64,000 nucleotides of DNA. Origin: Lepidodermella squamata. Its lineage: Eukaryota; Animalia; Gastrotricha. The notes beneath the pieces are model-generated. The model was not told the origin of the DNA. It made no database searches and was given only the letters and a program-made list of their open reading frames with translations. Where the stretch lies: assembly GCA_047495785.1 (NCBI GenBank), contig JBLDXI010000001.1:4402001-4466000 (forward strand). Direction: 5' to 3'. Shown piece after piece: positions 48,151-60,231 of the stretch (its first letter is position 1; every line of letters begins with the position of its first letter). Made by a program: the position numbers and the translations under genes.

Positions 48151-49979
48151 TTTCGTCGCCAAAATGAATGAGGTAGTAAAAACGTCGCTCTCTATCATCA
48201 TTTTTCAAAAGAAATGAAACACATTTAAGTTGAAGCTCGAGGGGTGGTTAAAAAATCAATAGAGTAAACACAGAATACGTACTGACCACTTACAGCTGGT
48301 TTCCTCCCTAGCTAAATCGTAAGAAGCTAGCTAAATAAACATATAATCTAGGGGTCTATGGGAAGTTGTAAGTCAAGTGCGACCGACAGACGTTATTATA
48401 TGGTTCATCCTCTTTGACAATAGTACTCAGCCTTGCCTGGGAGAATGCTTGCTCAGAACGAGAAAAAAACGAGCGTAAAGCAAACATTGAACTTGATAAC
48501 ACAACAAATCTCGTTGTATTTGTCGAGAAAAGTTTAGTGTGCATGTTATAGCGAGTGAGTGATAAAACGCCCCGTTTTGTCGTGAGTTGTGCCATCTCGG
48601 CCCGGGAGTATCTATGGCTGCGAGTGAGTTTTTATGCCATCAATGGCCGTGTTTCTGCTACAAGGTGACGTCAATGCGAGTCTTTCACAAAAATAGATGA
48701 GCAGACAGATCGATAGCGCTCAATTGAAAAAGTGAATTGGCAGGCATTTTGTAGCTACTTGAGCAATTTAAACATGGAGAAATTAAAAGATAATAAGATC
48801 CCGCCAGGCCGGCTTATCAAGGATAAGTGCGCAGACGATTTTAGCAATAAAAATGATAAGACAAGGACGGATTCTTGTTATCTCAAAATACAAAGTGTCC
48901 CATTTCGTCGAGGCGTTCCCCAGGACGGCTTAGAGCCTATAACGATCTGTCTCTCCTGCGTTAAAATTGAAACATCCAGGTACCCATTTCGGAAAACCAT
49001 CTTCAGGTTGCAGGTTGAAAGTAACTTGATTTTTCAAGGTAACTTTATCGTTGTCAGTCATAAGTCATTTGCGCTGCAACTAAAATTGACTAGTACATCA
49101 AAAGCCGAACTGAGTTGAACCGGATGAAAATTTCGCCATGAATTAATGTCACTATGTAAAGCCAATAGTCATTGACCAGCAACCAGCAACAAATCGGTCC
49201 AAGCGAGCTCAAGGTAGGAATTGAATATTGAGGTATTTTATGCTAATATTCCCCAGTTCCCCAGTTTTTAAAACCGAAAAATATGCTCCTAAGTAAAAAT
49301 AAGGAGTGCAGCGCCATGTATGCACGTATTGGACTAAACAGTTACTAGCATATTGCAAAGTTTGCCGATTTTTTTGCGAAAAAACCACTGCAGTCGCCAC
49401 GGCATTTCTCACGCCGCAAAAAAACCGCTGACCAAAGTCTTATCAGCTGCTTTCAGGCTATACGATGACCATGACCAGCGTTCCGTGTCTGGATCAAATC
49501 CGAAATCCGAGCCAAAAAAATTGGTCTATCCTGTACAACACCCCCACAACTTGTGGCCAAGATCTCATCAGTACAAAACTAACAACAACCGTTGGTTTTA
49601 CAGCTTTATTTCATTATAATCTCGCGTCATTTTTATCCATACACTTAGGATTTTACACATAGGAGTAATAAGTAATATAATTTAACGGTGCTATCTAGCG
49701 AGTAATTAATGTAATAGGAAGGTATCTTATCAGCCATTTCCCAGGCGGCGTGTCGCGAGTAAATTGGAATGCACCATCAGCTGGAAGTTTTCCAGAGTCT
49801 AGCCGATTTTCGTAGAGAGAAATGCATAAAAAAGCGTCAAAAATACTGTAGTATCACTTTACGAAATACAAAATAACCGGAGGGCAAAAATACAATACTG
49901 AAAATGGCAGGCATTGAAGTGAGATTAATCTATACAATTGTTTAACAGTTTATTACTAATGTATCTGATAGGTTGCTGC

Positions 49980-52900
49980 TTATTCATCGACTGTATTCTC
50001 TTCCGTTAGTTTCCTCATCATTAAGGGTGATCCATCAGCAGCTGTGGTAGTTACTCTCGTCTGATAACTCTGCGCCTGTAAACTCTGCAAAACAAGAATT
50101 AAGCAAGAAATTTAGTTTGAGACATAAAAGACCAAGATTTGTACTAGTCTATTAGGGTTTTGCTATTGTGGTAAAGGGGTAATGTAGCTATTAGGGTCTC
50201 CTTCACCAGAAATACCTCTGGGGTTCACTGATTCTATTATTATTTGACGCTCTTTTTAGCCGAAGAGAATCATATATTCCAGATTTGAACTTCTTCCTCT
50301 CGTTTTCCCGATCGACCAGAGAGACGAAATCTGACAATGTACGTAACCCGATCCCGAGTTTCCGACAGGGTGCGGACAAACTGCCCAGTCGCAGTGGACA
50401 AAGCGGAAATAGAACGGCCCCTGTATTGAGTAGCAGCGGGCTGTTCTCTTTGACTTGTCTGGCGACTATCAACTAGGGAGTTTTCTCCGATGGTGTTCTC
50501 AGAACTCCAACCAAGCGGAGACCGAGTGATTGTCACAACTTCATGCATTTTCGGATCCTTATTCGGTTCCACTTCTTTCTCATCTTTCTCTTTCTCTTTC
50601 TCTTTTTTATCTTTACGCTTGAAGCATCCTCTCTAGAGTTGCAATTTCAGAAGATTTTGTTTCGGTATTTTACGAAATTTACGAGCTTACCTTTCTCCTA
50701 TTCATGACTATAGAGTCTGAATTAGGGACTCGGGGCAGTTTGAACGGCGGCATGATTGCATCTAGGTAGTACAGCTCTTCGTTGGTAAACACGTAGTCCA
50801 AAGCTTTGCGTATGAACACCATGACAACGAGCTATAAAATATGCATGACCTAATTAATTAGTAAAAGCACCGAGTAAATCTCGTATAAACAAACCATTAG
50901 CGGGAACAGCATAGATACCTCTTCGATTTCTTTGAGAATCCACAGGACGGCGAATGACAGCAGCTGAATAAGCGTAAACAAATGGACTCGCGCGAGGCGC
51001 ACGTGTTTTAGGAACGGATAATCTGGCTGATACTTGGCCGGTGTGAGGAAAAGCATGAGGCGGTGGTAGTTGTCACAACCACGCAGTACATTACACCCCA
51101 TGTAAAGAAAGCATCCGTACAGAACGGGCATAGGAATCAACTATAATATAGAATAATCGAGGAGCACAGAAGTGAAGGTAAAGACTTACAGCAAGAAGGT
51201 TCCTCAGCAGAATTGAAAGGCCAATCATTGTAAAAATCAGAATTCCTGTCACCCTTTGCTCCCTTAGACCGAGAAATTTCGGCTGTTCCCCTGGTGCTGC
51301 AGCTTCTGACTCTTGCTTCAAACTATTGACATGGCCAATAGCTAGAACTGTAGCCGCTACTAGCCAGGTTATTCCAAAAAGAGAGCAGATCACGATTTCA
51401 ACGGTAACTATGAACAGGTCAAGGTGGTAGCCGAATCCTTTCTTCAGCAAATGCTCCTTCCTATTGACGATAACTGTTGTGATTTGATGGTCCATGAACA
51501 GGAGTATGGAGGCCAAAAGACCGAACGGGAATCCGAGTGGGATGCTCCAGAATGGATTGTCTTTGATTATAGGAACCAGCCAGGGCCGGTCAGGATTTGT
51601 TGGCTAAAATCAAAAGATCTAGATGCAGCGCTTTTAAAGAGAAATTACCTACCCTGAATTCACTGGGCACTATGAGTTTCATTGTCGGAAGCCCGCAGAA
51701 GTAGTCAGCAAGGACCATTAGGAAGACAGTAATTGAAACAGCGAAATCACTGATGTTTACCCTAACTCGAGTAGGGAAGTAAGGCTGGAAGCGAAACTCC
51801 TTCAAAAATGACGCCAGTAAGAATGTCCCGATGAAAAGGAGTAGGGAGAAGAAGAAAACATCAGGAACTGGCAGGTCTCTACCGCATCCATATCCCTTCC
51901 CGTCACAGTGGTCCCAATTTAAACAAGACTTGCTGTCAAGATCTTCACATCTCGGGATCAGAAAAGGTGTTGCAGTCGTCGCATTTGACAGTTCACTCGA
52001 ATCAGTAGTCGAAAATACCCACTGAGTTGTATAGGCGACTTTAGGAGTCCATCCAAGGATTGAAGTTCCATTCTGACTCTTTTCCGCCTCTTGAAACTCC
52101 AACAAGGATTCATTCTTCCAAACACAGTCGCAAGTGTAATTATGAGGTGGGTGGAAATCAACCGGGTCGTGTTTGTAAAGTTTATAAACTGACTTGATAG
52201 ATTCGTAAATGAAAATTGTTGCAATCAGGGCGGCGAAATTATCCTCAGTGAATCTGGTGATGAAGCAAACCATAAAGGATAGATCGAACATTACAATGAC
52301 CAGCATGATAAAAGCCATCCACACTCCAACCCAGAAACGGAATTCCAAAAACTGGAGATGCAATCGTCTAATTGGATTACAAGTGCATAAATTCAATGAT
52401 TTTTCAAGTGTAAAATTTACTGGCACATGCTATACAGCAGGCGTTCGAATACAAGGACTGGTCCAGTGCTACTTATGATATTCAACGGCTGCCCAGAGAA
52501 TAGATGGTAGATAACTCCATTGATTGAAGCCGATACAATCGTTTCAAACGCTGCCTATGAAAAATGAAAGCTGAAATCAGCCAGAATGCCTAAGTACTTC
52601 GAACTAACAATATTATTTCCTGTAGATTCCCCCATCAAGCCACCAAATGAGACCATTTGAGTTAGGATGATGAAGAATAGGAACAGTACGGAAGCCAAAC
52701 ATTGGATTGATATGCCGTCTTTGAAGTCGCTCAAGAAAAAGGGAGCTTTTCTCTTAATATCCGCAATTAGACCGCCAAATACCTTTCCTGTATATTGCAG
52801 ACCGGGCGGCAGCTGAACAGCAAAAGGATCGACTTTGGGCTGGTCAAGTAAATGAGCGTCAGTCTCTGCCTCTAACTCCGCCTCGTAATCTGCAGCCTTT

Positions 52901-54013
52901 TTCCTCTCATCTTGAGTTGCGACTGTCTTGGGAGGGCTCAGTCTAACTGAAGGGTCCCACTGGCCTGGAGCAAGGACAGTCGCGTAGTCTCCAAAGTTTC
53001 GTAAACCAGCTATGATATCGGCTTTGGAATTAGCAGAACGAGCAACGGTTTGAAAAACGAAATCTGTCAAAGCCGCCGCCATAAGACGTCCTGCTTCTCT
53101 CATAGCTTCCAGTCGCTGAACTGGCCCGAGGATTAGGACGATATACTTGAGCGGAACATCGACCTCGGTCAGTTCAACAATGGGCTGGGCTTCTACGTCA
53201 TTGGCGTGGCGCAGAAAGACGAAGATAGGTTTTTGAAGGAACTCAACGGCTCCAACAAGAATAGCTGCGCCTTCGGCGGTTTTCTCCAATTTGTGAGCAA
53301 AATGTTTGTTAACTCGCTTGCCCTGCTTGACAGCGGCATCCTTACTCGGAGCCGTTTTCACACCAAGCTGATGAGTCGATACATGTGCATCTAGATTCAA
53401 GGAAAGAAAGTGAGATTTAAAGGAAAGTAAAGGGCGCAGCTTACTTTTGTGAAAAGCCTCCTTTGCGCCTCTTATAGCTTCGTTAAAGTGTAAATGTCGC
53501 GCAATGATAGTGCCAATCAACACATCATGGGCCGACTCTGGGATAAGTCCATTTTCAACCGCCTCGACAGCAATTATATCTAACAAAATATGCATAAAAG
53601 ATTCCCGTTAATGAGGATGATTTTTTCTTACCTGCAAGTTTGTGTATATTGACAAAGGAGTGGTTGAAAACGCAAATTCCATGGTGCAATAACCGGTGAG
53701 TGATAAAGAATGCCTTTCCACTGAAACTGGCTACATGCGGCACAGACCATCGACCTCCGTCTATATCTGCGACCTCTTCATATTTGACCCATCTCGCCGT
53801 TTCGACCCATCGATTAGCAAGGAGTTCTTGCAACTCACAGAACATTTCCGGCGGTTCATCGCTGGATTCGAAAAATTGCCGTAGTCTTTGAACAGCTCGA
53901 GGCGTTTCGGCCTGTTGCGATTCGGAGTCGAAGTTGTGTTCCGTCGAGGAAGACGCCCTACCACCGTAAGTGTCCGCTGAAGATGATACCTTTCTAATTG
54001 CTTGCGATGTCAT
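49980..54013 (-). CDS. SLC4 bicarbonate transporter, tandem copy D, 9 or more exons, two candidate terminal exons
   Basis: Exons 54013-53632, 53579-53445, 53390-52609, 52554-52421, 52367-51653, 51603-51190, 51140-50895, 50831-50691, then either 50632-50270 or 50084-49980 (both phase 0 and open to a stop). Same motifs as B and C. Confidence 0.9.
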
Positions 54014-54390
54014 TCTCGGCTTAGTCAGAGTTAATCACAAATAATAATCTAGACACAAATTGGTATTTTTGATTGCACTGTGAAACCGTCCGAGGTTACG
54101 CATCAATGGCATTTCAGTGGCTGGTGTTCCGCATGACTTCTATAGCCTAATTATTAGCATTCGGTAAACAAGTAATTTAGAACTCCTTGTTTCTCCCATT
54201 TAGTGCTATCGGTGTTATTTTTTTAATTGATCAATTTGTAACTTGTCGTCGTGTTATTTAACCCTTTCATGGCGGAATTATTTATCTGCGGTAGAAAAAA
54301 TATTTGAAGGCAGTTCTAGGGGTTTTAGAGGGCCCTGGTCACGATTTTGAAACCCGTTTATCTCTATCTATTACCGTTAAGGCTGTACAA

Positions 54391-54690
54391 AAACTGGCCG
54401 AAATCGTCCTATCAGCCCAGCTGATTTCAGCAGATTTTTCAAACTCCCTAATTTATGTGTCAGCTGCCTTCAGCTTTGGAATTTTAGATTATAAATTACT
54501 CCCATGAATGTCCCCAAGATTCTCCCTCACTCAAATCGCCGAAAACATTCAGAGTAAAAAAGTTTCAGAGGCTCAGCATTCAGATCTGAATTCAGCTTTT
54601 CCAGTTTTTGCTCGCGACAGTTTTTGCAGCACAAAAATCACGCACTCCGCCTGTATGAGTCCTGGCGGATAGGACGATTTCGGCCGGTTT
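54391..54690. mobile_element. MITE (~300 bp) upstream of SLC4-D
   Basis: 27-bp inverted termini AAACTGGCCGAAATCGTCCTATCAGCC versus reverse-complement AAACCGGCCGAAATCGTCCTATCCGCC (2 mismatches). Confidence 0.8.
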
Positions 54691-56572
54691 GATTAAATCT
54701 CAATAGCGTCGTCATTTTTAATTTCCAACTCGAAAAAATTTAAACAGAGGTCAATGAGACTATGGCGGACACGGTGGTATTTTTTGTCGGATCAAAACAT
54801 GATCAGAAACCTATGAGATTTCAAGCTGAAAAAAATCGAAATTTCAATGTCAGGTTGACTATTTTCAAATTGCTTGTATGTCCTGACCATGCAAGATAAG
54901 TGTGTCCTGGTCTCAAAACATTGTAGCCAACATCGAAAAGCAATATTTCTCAAAAGGGCGATCAAAAATTCATCGAATTCAATTTTCTGTGAATTTTCAA
55001 AGTCGAAATTCCGAAATCGTCCTTCCCGCCGTGAAAGGGTTAAAGCAAAGATACTCGGCCAGTCAAGTAGCTTCGAAGGGCGATCGATGCTACGCGGTGT
55101 CATTCGATCCATGCGCGGCTACCAAGCTACAACCGCTCGGTATCCAACACGAGTTAGAGGCAATTCATGAATAGGATAAGCATGAAAAGCTACTTATTTG
55201 AAAACAATAGCTTGTCTAAACACGAGGTTTTCACAACTCAGATGAAAATGATAACTTATAATTCGTGGTTTAAGTTTTTAAATGGCTTAGAACTTCAAGA
55301 CTGATGAAAAGACAAGAAAAGTAAATTATTCAAGACATAAAGTTCACAGGTGAGACCTGAATCCAACTACTAAAAATACGAGAACATGACTTACAACAGG
55401 AAATTAAAGCCTGGTACCACATCCGTCTTTAGTCAGCACAAAGTCTGAAACGACTTCTCACATCCTATCATTTGGATAACTTTGATTGCGTATCCAGATT
55501 GGTTCATCTACTGGTACCACGTTGGAACCGATCGACATGGCTTCTCAGGAATTGGAGATTTCGTCTGGTTCCCACTAGGAACCCGCTCAATTTGTTGGTA
55601 CCAATTCGGTACCATCACGGAAAATTCTTGAATGAAATTTTCTTTCAACCATTTTATGACATTTTTTCTTTTGCTAGTTGCTCTTTTACCAGTGGCAGCA
55701 ACTATCGACGTTATAAGTGGGTATTATATCAAGAATATCGACAAAATGCCGACACCGTCTCGCATGGCAGAGTTGCGACGTTACCACCACCTGCCCCGAC
55801 ACTAGTCTTCTTCTCTCCCTTATATTTGCGAAATAAAAATTTAATAGGCACGAGCGTGTTATAAAAACATGCGAGCCATTGATTGGCCGCACGCTGATAC
55901 TTACTTGCATGGGGCTAAAAACAACTATACTAGGTAGACAAATAAGCAACGTTGCCAGGGCGCGAGGCCATTGTTATAGGCATATCAAACAAGGCGAGAA
56001 GCACAGAAAATCGAATCTTTTTTGAGAGGCGCCGCTTGTTGTAAACGCACACAGATGTAGCTGTGATGCAAAAAAATCATCACCGCAAAAGTGATGCCAA
56101 ATTACGGGTGAATTTGGCTGATTTTTCTCATGACACGCTCTTCAAATAAATTTTAATTAAACCCTAGATATTTTCGATAAAAATGTCATTTGCGCTGATT
56201 TTCGAATAATATACGCTATTTAGATCTATGATGGCAACGACTACAGCGGTGCTTGGTAACTAAAAGCCCATAATTCTTTCACAGTGGTCCAAGTTTTGTT
56301 GAGAATTTCTATGCGAAATGGTCTGTTAAGTTAGGTGGATGATTGCTGATTTCATAAATAGCAATTTTCTGAAATTTTCAGCTATCATCCCAAATTCAAT
56401 GCTTCAACGAAAATTTGCGGATAGAGTTTTTGAATTGCAGTGGTCAATTTAAAATAAATTTAAATTTCTTTCTAGATGAAAAACAGATTATTGCATACCT
56501 GAGCCGTCCTTTACTCGTGTTATTCTCCATTTATTATTTTGTGTTCTAACCTGGGATTTGCTCGTCATCAAA

Positions 56573-59534
56573 ATGGCCAATATCGTCATGGAGCTGACAG
56601 AGCGAAATTTGGTGAAACATGACGAGCGGTTGGCGGAAATTCGGGAGAAGCGCATGATTGACCCGAATAGCGAGAAGTTTTACCGTATTTGGAGCTGGAT
56701 TCGCGATGTCAATGAGCAACTAGCTGCAAGTGGCAATTTAACAACACCGCAGCACAGCAGGCCTGGAACAGCTCGGCAACGTGGAGGTAAAAACCATTAA
56801 TCCAAATAAAACCCAATTAAGCTATAATGGAGGAAAAAATTAAAAAAATTAAAAAATATATGAATTTTTTCAAAATTAATGTTTGAATTCATCGCCGGCT
56901 ATATTTCCTCGAAAATTCAAGCAAAATAGCCAAAAAATCCAAAAATCCAGATTTCGCAATTTCTTTAAAATTCGCAATTTCGGCACCAAAATCAAATGGC
57001 GCCCAGAAATAATTTTAACTGATCAATTATTTGAAAAATTTGTTTTAGGAGCCTCCGTCGGAAATACGACCGGCCGCCAGTCGTCACGCACCGATGGCTG
57101 GAGTGAAGATGAAGGTGATGACGGCATTGAAGACTTAATGATGGCCAACGTGGGCGCCAGTGGAGCGACGGTGCAAATCAAGCGGAACGGTGCCATCCCA
57201 ATGGCCCTACTAAACGTGACAACCACAAATCACGGCCGGGGCGAACCCCTCGACGCCTCGCTCATGTTCATTGACGATGATGTGAGTGATGTAGCAATCT
57301 TAATTAAAATGTTCATAAAATTCATTAAAAGTGCTCAGAAAATTTGGAATGGGAATTTCCTTAGAAAATTGGGCTATGAGATGAATAAGCTTGATAATTA
57401 TTGTGAGAAAAAAACGTGTTTTCCCGCCGCAAATTACCACGAGAAATTAATAGATAGCCGGAACTCATCTAATTCACAAAAACGTGCTCAAATTTATGAA
57501 TACGAGAAAAAACGAGAAATTAAACCGCTGATTATCAGCTCGTGAAATCTCGCATATAAAGTTTAAATATTGCGGCAAAAAAAGCACCCAGGGTGATACA
57601 AAACGGCGATTATCAACAGGTGTTAACCGAGTGCGCTCGTAATAGGTTTTTTCCCTATTGTATATACGAGCTACGTTAATGTTAAACCATTTGAGACGTT
57701 GAGCTGTATATTTTACTCGTGTAATGTATAATTGTCAGAAGGTCCCCTTGGTTTACTCGACCGCGATAAACAGTTTTGTTAGGCGAAAACAAAAGTAACA
57801 ACATTTTGCCGGATTAAAGGATATAGATGAGCATTAGTCAAGAGGCTCAGTGACTAAGAGAAGAATCCGTGGCGGACAATTTTGATACGAATCTTCCGCA
57901 GCGTGAAATTATGGAGGAATCACAAAACTAGGCATCACAAAAACAAACCAAAAATCAGTCCAATAATTGACGGATTTTCCCTATTTTCAGCAACAATGTG
58001 CTACAATTTTTGAAATAAGGAAATTTTATATTTAAAAAATATTATAAAATGAGCACCGCAAAATGATTGACACTATCGGATTTTTGAGACACCCTGGTTC
58101 AATTTCTTCAACGGTGAGGTCGGGATACTTGGAGTGGGAAAAATACATTTGGGCTAAACAAAGATTATAGGCTTTACAAATTTTCAAAAAATCCGCCCAC
58201 CAAAATACGCGTGACCACGAGGTGTTGGTGTGAAAACATTAAAACGTTAATGGTAAACAAGGCTTTATCAAGGGCAAAAGGCGTGTAGAATTCCACAAAC
58301 AGCTCTTTGATACCTTGATACCTTTGATACCTTTTTGATGACAATTGAATGCTTTTCAAGTTTTCTTCTTTGCAATCAAAACAGGTTATAAGAATTTTCA
58401 ATAATATTTTTCACGTGCCTATAGGTCTATGTTTTTGTCAATACGATAAATTCTAGGACACGCCTTTGAATTTTCGATTTTTTTCAATTAATGAATTTTT
58501 CGATATGTTAGGTGAGAGCGGTGGATGATGACGATTACGAGCCAGCCATTGCCAACCGCGGCTTTAAAAATTCTTGGGCGACCCTAGCTGGTTCCAACTC
58601 GGCACCTCGGCAGTATGTCTACCAGCAACAACCCAATTCCCAACAACAACAGCAACAGGCAACGACACCCCGCACCCAGTCCCGCCAGGCCTTCGTCGCC
58701 CCCGGTCAGAAGACCCAGACCCAGCAACTCAACAGCTATCAAAACTACCCTTATAGCTCGAATAAATCGTCACAGATCATTAGACCGCCGAATACGCCGC
58801 AAAATTCGAGCCAGGTGAGAAAATCATCCGGGGACTTGGGCGCTGTCACCCATAACAACGCCATGGCACCCGCGGCCTTCCAGCAAGCCATCCTAAGAGC
58901 GGCGAACCGGCAGCAAGAAACAGGCCGCTACAACCAGCAACTAACAGCCACGACCCCGGTTTCCAGCACCCCGGACAGATTGAGATCAGCACTGTCGCGG
59001 CGGGGGGTGGCACCCAGCCCGGCACCCCCTGGGAGCACCCAACAGGTGCTCTTCAAACTTCAAGTCAGCGGCGAGCAATTAAAACCGCGAGCTCTTAACG
59101 CGACCGAATCTAGGTCACAGGCCTCATTAGTGTCGAGTGACCCATCAGGTGGAACCTCGAAATTGTCCCTACCGCTAATGGACCGCATTAAACGGTTAAC
59201 ATCAAGGGTCAAGCCTCAATTAAAGTCCGCGTTTGGGTCAAGTAACGCCATTGCCCCGTCGACTGTCGACTCATTAACCGCCCCGGAAGCGGTGGTACCA
59301 ATGGTATCAAGTCGGAACCACGTTCGATTCGCCGGGGTTCCGCCCCTGGACGATGAGGACCCTGATGATAGGATAAACGTTGTCGTGCGAAATCGCAATT
59401 CGAGTAGCAATGACAATAATAACGTGGCTAAGCGGTTTATTCAGCAAACGGCTCAACGCATCTACCGGCCTTTTGTCGGGCAACGGGGTCAGTCGCAGGA
59501 AACAGCCGCTCCGCTGCAGGTCACCCTGGTGTGA
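56573..59534 (+). CDS. Uncharacterised protein, 3 exons, ~489 aa; helical N-terminus, acidic linker, long Q/S/P/N-rich disordered tail
   Basis: Exons 56573-56786, 57049-57281, 58512-59534 join in frame (1470 nt); GC-rich exons in AT-rich introns; AATAAA at 59572. No family recognised. Confidence 0.8.
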
Positions 59535-60231
59535 TCTCAAAGTTGACTCACTCTCTCAATTGTTTTGATGCAATAAAAAATATTCCGTAGTTTTTATTAT
59601 TAGCTTTAATTTTTATACTTGACCTCGATATTTGCTGGGAAAATTTATCATGGTTTTTATTTTATTGATTTTACCAAACCGATCGGTTTCTTGTTTTTCG
59701 GCAAGTCAATGCGAGATTTACTATTTTTGGGTAATAAATAAGTGAAACAAGACTAACCGGTGATTTTTACTCATCAGTATTACATGTTTTGTGCCCGGCC
59801 TGCATTTCCATTACGTGAATGGCAGCGCCGAGTCTTCTGCGCTAGATTTTCGCTAACTATGGTTTTTGGGGTTTCGTGTCTTCCTAGAATCCTGATTTCT
59901 TTATTATCCGATGGGCTTCAATTTTTCGCTTATTTCGCTGCACTGGCGGTACTTCAACCTGATGCCTGAAGGAACTGATGTCGATTTCAATTCCGACGCT
60001 GCGTTAGGTAACTTTATCCTGATGCTTGGAAATAATTGTTTGAATTTCATTGGAATGAAGCGCTCAATTATTCGACCAGAGATACCCAGCTTCAGATATG
60101 TCAGAAAGGAAATTCGAGATGTACAGAAATTAATCTCACATGTCATCATTAAATATTATAGGTATAATATTGTAGCGCATATCTTGTCACACGTTTAAAC
60201 TTATAGACTTATCATTCTCCGTCCCAAAACT

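Noticed and set aside
48356-49662. ORFs between SLC4-C and SLC4-D
   Set aside because: Non-coding composition and no motifs; treated as intergenic or UTR.
59760-60198. Short ORFs upstream of the GPCR
   Set aside because: No splice-compatible link or recognisable motif.
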